64,000 nt of DNA from an uncultured Patescibacteria group bacterium (GTDB lineage Bacteria > Patescibacteriota > Microgenomatia > UBA1400 > PJMF01), in NCBI GenBank assembly GCA_905478415.1, contig CAJQIG010000004.1, positions 11,523-75,522 of the forward strand, read 5' to 3'. This document shows positions 30,138 to 38,474 of this stretch, piece after piece. The first letter of the stretch is position 1, and every line of letters starts with the position of its first letter. The notes beneath the pieces are model-generated. The model was not told where the DNA came from and searched no databases. It saw nothing but the letters and a program-made list of their open reading frames with translations. The position numbers were made by a program, and so were the translations under genes.

Positions 30138-32009
30138 TTAGTTTGTAGGTTTTGATCGCAGGTACACCCGACGAACACCAGCTGATGCTGACTGCTCTTT
30201 AAAGAGCTCAATTGGGCTAATTTCTCCTGTAGAATTTACGTGAGGGCCACCACAAAATTCTTTGGAAATCCAGTCAGTTTCAGGATCATTTCCAATTGTG
30301 TAAACTGTCACTTCATCCGGATATTTTTCAATAAAGAAAGCAATAGCACCTGACTTTAAAGCCTCTTCTTTGTCCATAATCTTGACTGTCATTGGCAAAT
30401 CAGCAGCAATCCACTCATTTACTTGTGCTTCTACGGCAGTTTTCTCTTCGGTTGTCAGTGCTGCAGGATGAGAAAAGTCAAATCGCAACCGTTTTTCGGT
30501 AATGTTCGAACCTTTTTGTTGGACATGTTCTCCAAGTATTTTTCGTAACGCCGCATGTAATAAATGAGTAGCCGTGTGATACTGAGTTGTTTTCTCACTA
30601 TGATCTGCCAATCCACCTTTAAATTTAGCGCTCGAGGCTTGGCGTGATGCATCAGCATGAGCTGTTTTGGCTGCTTGGAACGATGCAACCGAAATAGTTA
30701 TTCCTTTCTCAGCCGCGATTTCTTGCGTCAGTTCGAACGGAAAACCGTAGGTTTCATATAAGTAAAAAGCAGTCTCACCGGTAATTTCTGTAACTTTTTC
30801 TATCTCTCGCAAACCGGTTGCCAGCGCTTTCTGGAACTTTTGTTCTTCTGCTTTGAAAGCTGCTTGAATACGAACAAGGTTCTCAGTTACTTGCGGATAC
30901 GCTTCTTCATACATCTGGGCAACTGCTGTTGCCACATCAGCAATAAATGGCTTTTCGATACCAATCATCTTGCCGAATCGAATTGCCCGTCGTAGTAATC
31001 GGCGTGAGAAGTAGCCCTGTTCTTTATTCGAAGGATAGACCCCATCTGTAGCTAACATAGTTGCAGCTTTAATGTGATCAGCAATAACTCTAAACGAACG
31101 ATTTGTCTCACTGTCAGAACCGTATTTTTTACCTGAAAGCGTCTCAATTTGAGAAATAATTGGTGTAAATAAACCTGTTTCAAACACATCTTGTGTGTTA
31201 CCCAAAACCGCCAAAATACGTTCGAATCCTCCACCAAAATCGACATTTTTTTGAGCAAGTTCAGTAAAAGTTCCATCCGGTTGCTTTTGGTACTGCATAA
31301 AAACTGAGTTGCCAATTTCAAGGAACCGGCCACAGTCACAATTTACGTGACAAGGTACATCTTTGAACTCATTGTTTTCGTGGAGTTTTTTTTCAGCTCC
31401 AAAATCATAAAAGACTTCACTGTCTGGACCACCTGGTTCACCTGCGGGCATAGTACTTGGAGCGCCTGCACGTGACCACCAGTTACCGTCACCATAGTAG
31501 AAAATTCGCCCACCTTGTAGACCATTTTTGGCAGCGTCATCAATCACTTCTGCTGAAGTACCAACTGATGCAAATAATTTTTTCCAAATTTCAGGAGTTT
31601 CTGTATCTTTTGGAACTCCAATGGCTTCATTACCTTCATACGCAGTCACGTAAAGCTTTTGAGGATCAATGCCGAGTTCCTCTGTCAGGAAAGCAAAGAA
31701 CCAACCCAGTTGTTCTTCTTTAAAATAATCACCCAGAGACCAATTGCCCAACATTTCAAAAAATGTTGTGTGTCGGTTGTCTCCAACTTCTTCGATATCT
31801 TGTGAGCGAAAACATTTTTGGCTATCGGCAATACGAGTACCCTTTGGATGTTCTTCTCCCAGTAGATACTGGATCATTGGCTGCATACCAGAACCAGTAA
31901 ACAAAGTGGTTGGATCATTCTCTGGAACAAGCGCAGCTGACGGCACAATGGCGTGGCCTTGTTTTTCAAAAAAATCTAAATACTTTTGACGTAGTTGATT
32001 TGGTGTCAT
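30138..32009 (-). CDS. alaS: Alanine--tRNA ligase, short form lacking the C-terminal C-Ala/DHHA1 domain
   Basis: 623 aa from MTPNQLRQKYLDFF (RBS AAAGGA 6 nt upstream); class II catalytic core, editing-domain HxxxH (HTATHLLHAAL) and CGGPHV motifs; ends ~250 aa before canonical bacterial AlaRS would. Confidence 0.9.
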   Translation of the reverse strand: MTPNQLRQKYLDFFEKQGHAIVPSAALVPENDPTTLFTGSGMQPMIQYLLGEEHPKGTRIADSQKCFRSQDIEEVGDNRHTTFFEMLGNWSLGDYFKEEQLGWFFAFLTEELGIDPQKLYVTAYEGNEAIGVPKDTETPEIWKKLFASVGTSAEVIDDAAKNGLQGGRIFYYGDGNWWSRAGAPSTMPAGEPGGPDSEVFYDFGAEKKLHENNEFKDVPCHVNCDCGRFLEIGNSVFMQYQKQPDGTFTELAQKNVDFGGGFERILAVLGNTQDVFETGLFTPIISQIETLSGKKYGSDSETNRSFRVIADHIKAATMLATDGVYPSNKEQGYFSRRLLRRAIRFGKMIGIEKPFIADVATAVAQMYEEAYPQVTENLVRIQAAFKAEEQKFQKALATGLREIEKVTEITGETAFYLYETYGFPFELTQEIAAEKGITISVASFQAAKTAHADASRQASSAKFKGGLADHSEKTTQYHTATHLLHAALRKILGEHVQQKGSNITEKRLRFDFSHPAALTTEEKTAVEAQVNEWIAADLPMTVKIMDKEEALKSGAIAFFIEKYPDEVTVYTIGNDPETDWISKEFCGGPHVNSTGEISPIELFKEQSASAGVRRVYLRSKPTN

Positions 32010-32039
32010 ACTTTTTCCTTTGGGGAGCGGTTTTTTCAT

Positions 32040-32325
32040 AAAAAAACCCGCCTCTTCCCACAACAATTGTTACGGACAAGGACGAGCAAACTCGCGGTAC
32101 CACCTTGCTTTTTTTCTACAGTTACCTCTAGAAAACTCAGCAACTACCTTTCGGTAGTTTCCCCTTTTTACGGTGGGCATCCGGATCTTTTTACTCATCT
32201 TTAGATGATTCAAAGACCAGCTCGCAGGTGGCTCAAGGAAGACGTAGTACTCGGTTCTCAGCATTCCGAATTCTCTGTATCTACAGAATCATTCCTTTAT
32301 TCCTGTTCATCGCTGTTATTCGACT
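32040..32325 (-). promoter_or_regulatory. T-box riboswitch leader of alaS (candidate Ala GCU specifier)
   Basis: Minus strand contains AAGCAAGGTGGTACCGCGAG (T-box core GGTGGTACCGCG) ~70 nt before the alaS RBS, followed by GAGGCGGGTTTTTTT (terminator 3' arm plus U-tract); candidate specifier loop cGGAAUGCUGAGAAccg ~170 nt upstream; AGUA-type motifs present. Confidence 0.7.
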
Positions 32326-32330
32326 GTGGG

Positions 32331-32340
32331 AGTATTGTAT
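32331..32340 (-). promoter_or_regulatory. Extended -10 element (TGaTACAAT) that may start the alaS T-box leader
   Basis: Minus strand ...gtttgtTTTTGATACAATactccc; no clear -35. Confidence 0.35.
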
Positions 32341-32354
32341 CAAAAACAAACAAA

Positions 32355-32705
32355 TTACACACCAGCGAACTTCTTTGGTTTGGACTTTGTGGTTTTACGG
32401 GTAAGTGATGAAGTTGTCTTCTTAGAAGGTCTTTTGCGTTTCTTTGACTGCGTCTCAGCTTCCTCTACAAAATCAGCCATGTTTGTCATCACATGAGAAA
32501 CTATCTCGACAAGAGACATATCTGCCGAAGGTAAGAGTCCTTTTTTGACCAACTCTTCCTTAACAGCACCCAACTCCGACTCTAATTCTTTTTGGACAGC
32601 TGTACCTTCTGCGGATCCTAGAAAGTGAGCAAATGCAGCTCCAGCGGCAGCCCCCAATCCAAAGCCGAGTGTAAATGATCCGCCCTGTTTACTTTGATTT
32701 TCCAT
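32355..32705 (-). CDS. Hypothetical small protein, possibly YtxH-like (Gly-rich hydrophobic N-terminus, basic C-terminus)
   Basis: 116 aa; GFGLGAAAGAAFAHFLGS then a coiled region and K-rich tail. Confidence 0.4.
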   Translation of the reverse strand: MENQSKQGGSFTLGFGLGAAAGAAFAHFLGSAEGTAVQKELESELGAVKEELVKKGLLPSADMSLVEIVSHVMTNMADFVEEAETQSKKRKRPSKKTTSSLTRKTTKSKPKKFAGV

Positions 32706-32961
32706 TTTTCTTTTGCATTATGTTGACAAATACTTCAAGAAACTTTGCACCTGTCTGAAAAGCAGTTGAAGCTGAGGCAATTGACTGCAAGGGAGACACA
32801 AACATCTCAATTCGACGATCTACATCTTCAATGGTCGAGTTTATCTTCTTCAGAGTGGTTCTAAACTCAGCTAGTGTCAAAATAACTTGGACACCAACAA
32901 CTGAAAGTACAATTGCCAGTACAACCAAGACAACGCTAAATGCAACGGGAACGAAATCCAT
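32689..32961 (-). CDS. DUF948-like small membrane protein
   Basis: 90 aa; N-terminal TM helix then a helical region; overlaps the downstream gene by 17 nt. Confidence 0.45.
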   Translation of the reverse strand: MDFVPVAFSVVLVVLAIVLSVVGVQVILTLAEFRTTLKKINSTIEDVDRRIEMFVSPLQSIASASTAFQTGAKFLEVFVNIMQKKNGKSK

Positions 32962-33034
32962 ACTATCCTTTTATGAGACTCAGAGTTCTGAGCCTTCTGT
33001 ATATCTACCTACTACTATCATACGACAGTTTTGC

Positions 33035-33060
33035 CAAAGTCACAAAGTCAAGTCACTTTG
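33035..33060. repeat. Tandem and inverted CAAAGTCA / TGACTTTG motif cluster in the promoter region of the 32961 gene
   Basis: CAAAGTCACAAAGTCAAGTCACTTTG read directly from sequence. Confidence 0.5.
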
Positions 33061-33064
33061 AGAA

Positions 33065-33709
33065 CTAAAAACGAACATAGACTGTTCGCTTTTCCTCGTG
33101 GGCCTTGCCTCTTCTATCAGTTGACTCAATCATGATAGTGCTAATCCCCTCAGTGGCAATAAAAACCTCAGTGGTAAAAGATCCATCTGGTTGCAACGCT
33201 ACTGGTTGGTCATTTACAGTAATAGTGGCATCAGGCTCAGTCTCACCACTAACAACAACTCGAGCTGCAACTTGGGATTGATCTTCTGGAGAAACAATGG
33301 TTAACTCTGGTGGACGAGTCAAACTGTACCACTGGACCCCAACATACCCCAATAAACTAAGAAACGTGCCAGCTAAAAAAAGCATGATTAAAGTAATCGA
33401 ATTGAGCGAAAATTTTTGTTTTAATACCGGGGTTATAAACTCGCGTGGAACCAAAGTACCACGGGCACTTTCCTTATAATCTCGTCGAAGTAGGGCTAAC
33501 AGTGGTTTGTGATCAAAACCAAACAATTGAGCATAGGTTTTAATATACCCCTTCACAAAAGTGGCTGAGGGCAGTACCTCAAACTGATTTGCTTCAAGAG
33601 CCTCAAGATACGCAAGTCGAATACGAGTTTTTTTAGCTAACTCTTCAATTTTGAATCGACGGCCTTCTCGCTCGTCACGAAGTATTTCACCAACAGTCTT
33701 AGTTTTCAT
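33065..33709 (-). CDS. RodZ-like protein (N-terminal XRE-type HTH, TM helix, C-terminal domain)
   Basis: 214 aa; VGEILRDEREGRRFKIEELAKKTRIRLAYLEALEANQFEVLP...GYIKTYAQLFGFD matches the RodZ HTH_25 region; TM helix ITLIMLFLAGTFLSLLGYVGV. Confidence 0.7.
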   Translation of the reverse strand: MKTKTVGEILRDEREGRRFKIEELAKKTRIRLAYLEALEANQFEVLPSATFVKGYIKTYAQLFGFDHKPLLALLRRDYKESARGTLVPREFITPVLKQKFSLNSITLIMLFLAGTFLSLLGYVGVQWYSLTRPPELTIVSPEDQSQVAARVVVSGETEPDATITVNDQPVALQPDGSFTTEVFIATEGISTIMIESTDRRGKAHEEKRTVYVRF

Positions 33710-33751
33710 ACAGTCTTAGTTACAGGTAGTAGGTTGTACAAAGAGCAACAG

Positions 33752-34183
33752 TTATGCAAGAGCACTCTTAACGGCGGCAGAGACTCTATTTCCATCAGCT
33801 TTACCGCTCACCTTAGCCATGACCATTCCCATCAGCTTACCCATGTTTCGCTCTTCGGTCGAAGCCAAGACTTCAGCTACAATGGCTGCAATCGCCTCAT
33901 CTGACATCTGTTCTGGTAAGAACTCTTCTAAAATAGCAATTTTTTGTGTTTCTTCTTCGATAGCATCAGCATTTCCAGCAAGTTTGAAGCTTTCGATACC
34001 TTCTTTCATCTGTTTCACTTGCTTAGCAATCAGTTTTAAAATTCGTTCCTCAGTTAATTCACCTTCATCAATTTCAGTATTTTTGACTTCTGAAAGAAGA
34101 TAGCGCAAAGTACTCACGCGCACCGAATCACGAGCCTTCATAGCTGTCTTCATCTTATCCATTAGTTGTGCTTTAAAATCCAT
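33752..34183 (-). CDS. GatB/YqeY domain protein
   Basis: ~143 aa from MDFKAQLM; typical YqeY helical sequence (…LSEVKN…EILEEFLP…). Confidence 0.75.
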   Translation of the reverse strand: MDFKAQLMDKMKTAMKARDSVRVSTLRYLLSEVKNTEIDEGELTEERILKLIAKQVKQMKEGIESFKLAGNADAIEEETQKIAILEEFLPEQMSDEAIAAIVAEVLASTEERNMGKLMGMVMAKVSGKADGNRVSAAVKSALA

Positions 34184-34268
34184 ATATCCTTTTCTACCTG
34201 TACCGAAATCTCGGCTACTAGGCGTATTGTAACACGTATCTTTCCGATATTCTAAAAAACACAACCTT

Positions 34269-35039
34269 CTATTTTGCCAAGGCACTCAGTCCAACGCGAG
34301 ACACTAGAAAAATTGAAAGTTCATCAACCTTGCCTGTCACCATCGCAACTCCTGCAATTACAATAATTAAGGCTGAAATTTGTGTAATTCGCTTTGTCCA
34401 CGCTGGATGCATTGAAACTGTCTTCATAACTCGATCAAACCCAAGCGCTGCTAACAAAAAAGGAATTCCTAAACCAATGCCATACGAAATAAGCAAGAGT
34501 ATTCCTCGCCACATGTTGGCCTGGCTCGCAGACCAATAGAGAATCACAGCTAAAACAGGACCAATACAAGGCGTCCAAGCAAATCCAAAAGCCACCCCTG
34601 TGAAGACTGCATGCAAATTCGTATTGCCTACAAAAAACTTTTGAATATCGAACCGAACTTCACCGTTTACTAAGCGAAGCTTTTTAAAGGCTCCTAATAA
34701 TAAAAGCCCCATAAATATGAATAAAACGCCTGCAAGCTGAGTAATAACGCCGCGATACTCCGCAAAGAAAACGGCAAACCGTTGCAGAGTAATCCCCATA
34801 ATCACAAACGTTGTTACAAACCCCGTCACAAACAAAAGAGCTGCTTTAAACACGACCCAGCGATGATTTTCTTCTTTCATAGTCGAGAGAGAAACTCCAG
34901 AAATATAAGCCAAATACGTTGGCACCAATGGTAATAAACAAGACGCAAAAAAAGTAATAAATCCGGCTACAAAGGCCACTAAAAAGTTGACATTCGAGCC
35001 ATCGAGTTCTAATCCAAACATAGAAATATCCTCATACAA
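34269..35039 (-). CDS. ccdA: Cytochrome c-type biogenesis / thiol-disulfide transporter CcdA (DsbD family)
   Basis: 256 aa polytopic membrane protein with CLLPLVP and WTPCIGP Cys motifs. Confidence 0.8.
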   Translation of the reverse strand: MYEDISMFGLELDGSNVNFLVAFVAGFITFFASCLLPLVPTYLAYISGVSLSTMKEENHRWVVFKAALLFVTGFVTTFVIMGITLQRFAVFFAEYRGVITQLAGVLFIFMGLLLLGAFKKLRLVNGEVRFDIQKFFVGNTNLHAVFTGVAFGFAWTPCIGPVLAVILYWSASQANMWRGILLLISYGIGLGIPFLLAALGFDRVMKTVSMHPAWTKRITQISALIIVIAGVAMVTGKVDELSIFLVSRVGLSALAK

Positions 35040-35087
35040 ATAAGCTCCACCATTAATAGCACAAAAGCAGTGCTAAAATAAGGGGTA

Positions 35088-35834
35088 ATGAAATCTGCTC
35101 GCACCCTCAACCCCTATGAAGAAACGCAACTGGCACGCCATGGTGGAGATCGTCAAATCCTGCTTGCTTCAAACGCCCCCGTGGAGCACATAACGGGAAA
35201 GGCTGAATTTTGTGGATTGGTATTTTCTGTAACTGAGAATGTCCTGATCCCCCGAATTGAAACAGAAGAACTGGTAGAAAAAGTGGTTGCTGCCTGTCGG
35301 ACCTTCTCGGGACCAGGGGCTGTCCGAATTGTAGATGTAGGGACTGGCTCTGGGGCTATTGCTATTAGTGTGGCATCGAAACTGGCTACTCTTGGACTTG
35401 CACATACCATTACTGCCACGGATATTTCTCGATCTGCTCTTGAGATTGCTGAAGCAAATGCTGCAACACTGCTACCCGATCCCACTACCATCACCTTTCT
35501 GCATTCTGATCTACTCTCTGACGTACCTACCGACCAAGACATTATCGTTGCCAACCTTCCCTACATTCCCACCGCCCGGATTGCTACCCTTGATAAGAGT
35601 GTCTTTGAGCACGAACCTCACTTAGCGCTCGATGGCGGACCAGATGGACTCTACCTGATTCGATTACTCTTAGATCAAGCTACTCAGCTACTGCAACCAG
35701 GAGCACTTGTGCTGCTTGAAGTCGATGACACACACACACTGGAAGTTTGGAGTGAGTTTGAACATGATTGGCAGATTGAAGTTTTTCTCGACAGTTTTGA
35801 AAAGAACCGCTTTGTCCAGTTGTTGAAAAGATAA
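35088..35834 (+). CDS. prmC: Release-factor glutamine N5-methyltransferase PrmC (HemK)
   Basis: 248 aa; VLIPRIETEELV, VDVGTGSGAIA SAM motif, NLPYIP (NPPY) motif. Confidence 0.85.
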   Translation: MKSARTLNPYEETQLARHGGDRQILLASNAPVEHITGKAEFCGLVFSVTENVLIPRIETEELVEKVVAACRTFSGPGAVRIVDVGTGSGAIAISVASKLATLGLAHTITATDISRSALEIAEANAATLLPDPTTITFLHSDLLSDVPTDQDIIVANLPYIPTARIATLDKSVFEHEPHLALDGGPDGLYLIRLLLDQATQLLQPGALVLLEVDDTHTLEVWSEFEHDWQIEVFLDSFEKNRFVQLLKR

Positions 35835-35859
35835 GCCCAACACTGTATTCTCCTTCTAT

Positions 35860-36786
35860 ATGTCTAAGCAAGTTCCCACTACAGTTTTTTCAGGGTTTTT
35901 AGGTTCTGGTAAAACTACTATTATTTCTCACGTTATCGATATTCTTCAAAAAAAAGGTGTCCAGATTGCCTACATCAAAAATGAGATTGGCGAAACTGAT
36001 ATCGATGCCCAACTGATGAAGGGTAAAGATATCGAAACCAAAGAACTGCTCAATGGCTGTATCTGCTGTACCCTGGTTGGACCATTTGAGAATGCAGTAA
36101 CAGAACTGATCGAGAAGTTCTCTCCAGACAGAATTTTTATTGAAGCTTCTGGGGCTGCTGATCCGGCTGCTATTGCACTCATGATTGGCTCTCACCCCAG
36201 CTTGTCACGAGACGGCATTATCTCAGTTATCGACGTGGTTAATTTTAAAGGCTACGAAGATTTAAGCACCACGGCCCAACGCCAAACTCAGTTCACAGAT
36301 CTAATTATTTTTAACAAAGTTGAAGAAGTTGACGTCGACCGAAAACGAGCCGTGGTGGGCTATGTGCGCGAACTTAATACTCACTCACCAATTATTGAAG
36401 CACCAAATGGCAAAGTCAATCCAGACCTTCTCTTTGGCCTCGACCCAGCTAACTTAGATCACTTCTTAAGAGAGCATATTGATGACCATACTAGCCACAA
36501 CCACATCGATGACGATGACTTCTCTGCGTTTACTATTCGAGACCAGAATAAGTATTCTGAAGCAAAGATGCGAGAATTTTTAGAGACGCTGCCAAAGAGT
36601 TTGTTTAGAACTAAGGGTGTGTTCCAAAATGAAGATGGCACCTGGTTTAGCTATAATAGTGTTGGGAAAAAGATTGATATTGTGCCAATTCTCACAGAAC
36701 ACTCGTTTAGTGAGAATATTTTGGTGTTTATTGGGGTGCGGGCGGATGGGTTGAGGGGGGTGGTTGAAGAAAAGCTTCTAAAATAA
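35860..36786 (+). CDS. COG0523 (CobW/YciC/ZigA-type) GTPase metallochaperone
   Basis: 308 aa; Walker A GFLGSGKTT, CICC metal motif, His-rich stretch HIDDHTSHNHIDDDD. Confidence 0.85.
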   Translation: MSKQVPTTVFSGFLGSGKTTIISHVIDILQKKGVQIAYIKNEIGETDIDAQLMKGKDIETKELLNGCICCTLVGPFENAVTELIEKFSPDRIFIEASGAADPAAIALMIGSHPSLSRDGIISVIDVVNFKGYEDLSTTAQRQTQFTDLIIFNKVEEVDVDRKRAVVGYVRELNTHSPIIEAPNGKVNPDLLFGLDPANLDHFLREHIDDHTSHNHIDDDDFSAFTIRDQNKYSEAKMREFLETLPKSLFRTKGVFQNEDGTWFSYNSVGKKIDIVPILTEHSFSENILVFIGVRADGLRGVVEEKLLK

Positions 36787-37452
36787 TCATTTCACTTTTA
36801 TAGAATTTTGTTTTAATACTTTTTCAAAGTTTGATCGTACATCTCTTGTAACCGGAATCTCGCTCCAAACCTTATTGTAACCATCAAATTTACCCTTAAA
36901 TTGTGTATTCAGAGCAAACAGTACATGCCCCATCATCTGGGCAACTACTTGATATAATGCATCAGCACTCCACCTGTCCCCAGTAAATCTTTGATCATCA
37001 AAAACTAAACTCCAATCAAGTGATGCAGCATTTACATGAGAATAAGAATAAGTTAGCTTAACACAAAAATCATAATAATCACGATTTTTAAACCCAATCT
37101 CTTCCATTTTTTTATCTAATCTAACTTGGGTCCAAGAGACCCCAAATCCCTTCTCTCCTAGGTCATCCATATAGTTCTTTAATCTTTCGTCTGAATTACT
37201 GTGCGCTATCCAACGCATATTAAATGAGTGTTCAATCAAGCTGCGTAAAATAATGATTGACTCATCTGTCAAACCAGCTTCACAAAGTACAGTAATTGAA
37301 TCAAGAAGGTTAATAGCTTTATGAGCTGCAGCAATAAAGTAACGATCTAATATAGTGGGATTCTCAATAGAATTTCCCATTAAATCAAAGCCTTGAATTA
37401 TTTCTTTTTTTGCTTTAATAATAAGTGCTTTAGAGGATATTTTACTTGCCAT
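36787..37452 (-). CDS. Hypothetical protein, AT-rich compositional outlier (possible HEPN-like Rx4H motif)
   Basis: 221 aa; markedly lower GC than neighbours; LRSLIEHSF contains Rx4H; no other recognised motif; its start overlaps the stop of the upstream DUF368 gene by 11 nt. Confidence 0.45.
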   Translation of the reverse strand: MASKISSKALIIKAKKEIIQGFDLMGNSIENPTILDRYFIAAAHKAINLLDSITVLCEAGLTDESIIILRSLIEHSFNMRWIAHSNSDERLKNYMDDLGEKGFGVSWTQVRLDKKMEEIGFKNRDYYDFCVKLTYSYSHVNAASLDWSLVFDDQRFTGDRWSADALYQVVAQMMGHVLFALNTQFKGKFDGYNKVWSEIPVTRDVRSNFEKVLKQNSIKVK

Positions 37453-38410
37453 TACCTGAATTTACTTCTTTCCCAGCCCCACCCCTCTCAATCATCATCA
37501 CAACCACAAATGCGACCACAAACAAGCCAACAGCCATCATCACGCTACCATCAAAGGTACGAGGAACAATGTTCCGCTGCACCACCGGCACTAAATCACC
37601 ATGTCGATCCATCACGGACTCCAACGTTTCCTTCCAAGGCCAAATCTTTCTGAGAGATCCAACCATGAAACCGGTCAGAACTGAAATAATAATGTTCTCA
37701 TGATGCTCAAAGAGCCATGATAACAGGCGTGAAAAGAGAGCCAGTCCAACAACAGCTCCAACCATAAAAATACCCAGAGTCACAATGTCTTTGTCGTGGA
37801 CCGCTGCTAAAATTTGTTCGTATTTACCCAAGATAATCAGCAAGAATGAACCCGAAACTCCAGGGAGGATCATGGCGCAAATGGCAATCGCACCACTGAG
37901 TAAAAACGCCAGTGGCGTTGCAGCTGTCTCAGTTGGTACCGCTCCAACAATTAAGTAGGCAGCGATGGCAGCAACTACAGCCGCACCGATTTCTCTAGAA
38001 GACCAAACCGTTACTCGTTTGCTGACTACCTTAATAGATGCCACAACTAAGCCAAAGAAAAAGGACCATAAATAAACTGGATACGTATCAAGCATGTACG
38101 TTAACACAGACGAAAGCAACACTACAGCACCTAAAAGCCCCGTTGCCAATGGCACTAAGAATGAAAAGGGAATAATCTTGAAAGCTTCGGCAATCTTGCC
38201 TTTTAAAACTAGTTTGAGAGCTTCGCCACTGACCAGTTTAATACTCTCGATGAGTTGTTCGTAAATGCCAAAGATAAAGGCCATAGTTCCACCGGAAACT
38301 CCGGGAACAATATCAGAGGCTCCCATCACAAATCCAATACCAAGGTACTTGGCCATCTGAGCCAGGGGAGATTTCTGAGTACTTACTTTTGTAGGGGTAG
38401 TTTTTTTCAT
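37442..38410 (-). CDS. DUF368 family polytopic membrane protein (putative polyprenyl-phosphate transporter family)
   Basis: 322 aa; duplicated VPGVSGG / LPGVSGS motifs typical of DUF368. Confidence 0.7.
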   Translation of the reverse strand: MKKTTPTKVSTQKSPLAQMAKYLGIGFVMGASDIVPGVSGGTMAFIFGIYEQLIESIKLVSGEALKLVLKGKIAEAFKIIPFSFLVPLATGLLGAVVLLSSVLTYMLDTYPVYLWSFFFGLVVASIKVVSKRVTVWSSREIGAAVVAAIAAYLIVGAVPTETAATPLAFLLSGAIAICAMILPGVSGSFLLIILGKYEQILAAVHDKDIVTLGIFMVGAVVGLALFSRLLSWLFEHHENIIISVLTGFMVGSLRKIWPWKETLESVMDRHGDLVPVVQRNIVPRTFDGSVMMAVGLFVVAFVVVMMIERGGAGKEVNSGNGK

Positions 38411-38474
38411 ACAAGAGTAACTATACCCTATGCACTCTATCTACATCAAGATAGTAACCTCGCAGTATCAGCAA

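Noticed and set aside
32070-32264. 64-aa minus-strand ORF
   Set aside because: It lies inside the alaS T-box leader, which has extensive RNA-structure signal, no RBS, and is incompatible with leader function.
35153-35554. 133-aa minus-strand ORF
   Set aside because: It is antisense to prmC, which has clear methyltransferase motifs on the plus strand.
36787-37452. Calling the AT-rich orphan a definite HEPN/AbiV-type defence nuclease
   Set aside because: An Rx4H spacing alone occurs by chance in many proteins. The call is kept only as a low-confidence hypothesis pending a profile or structure match.
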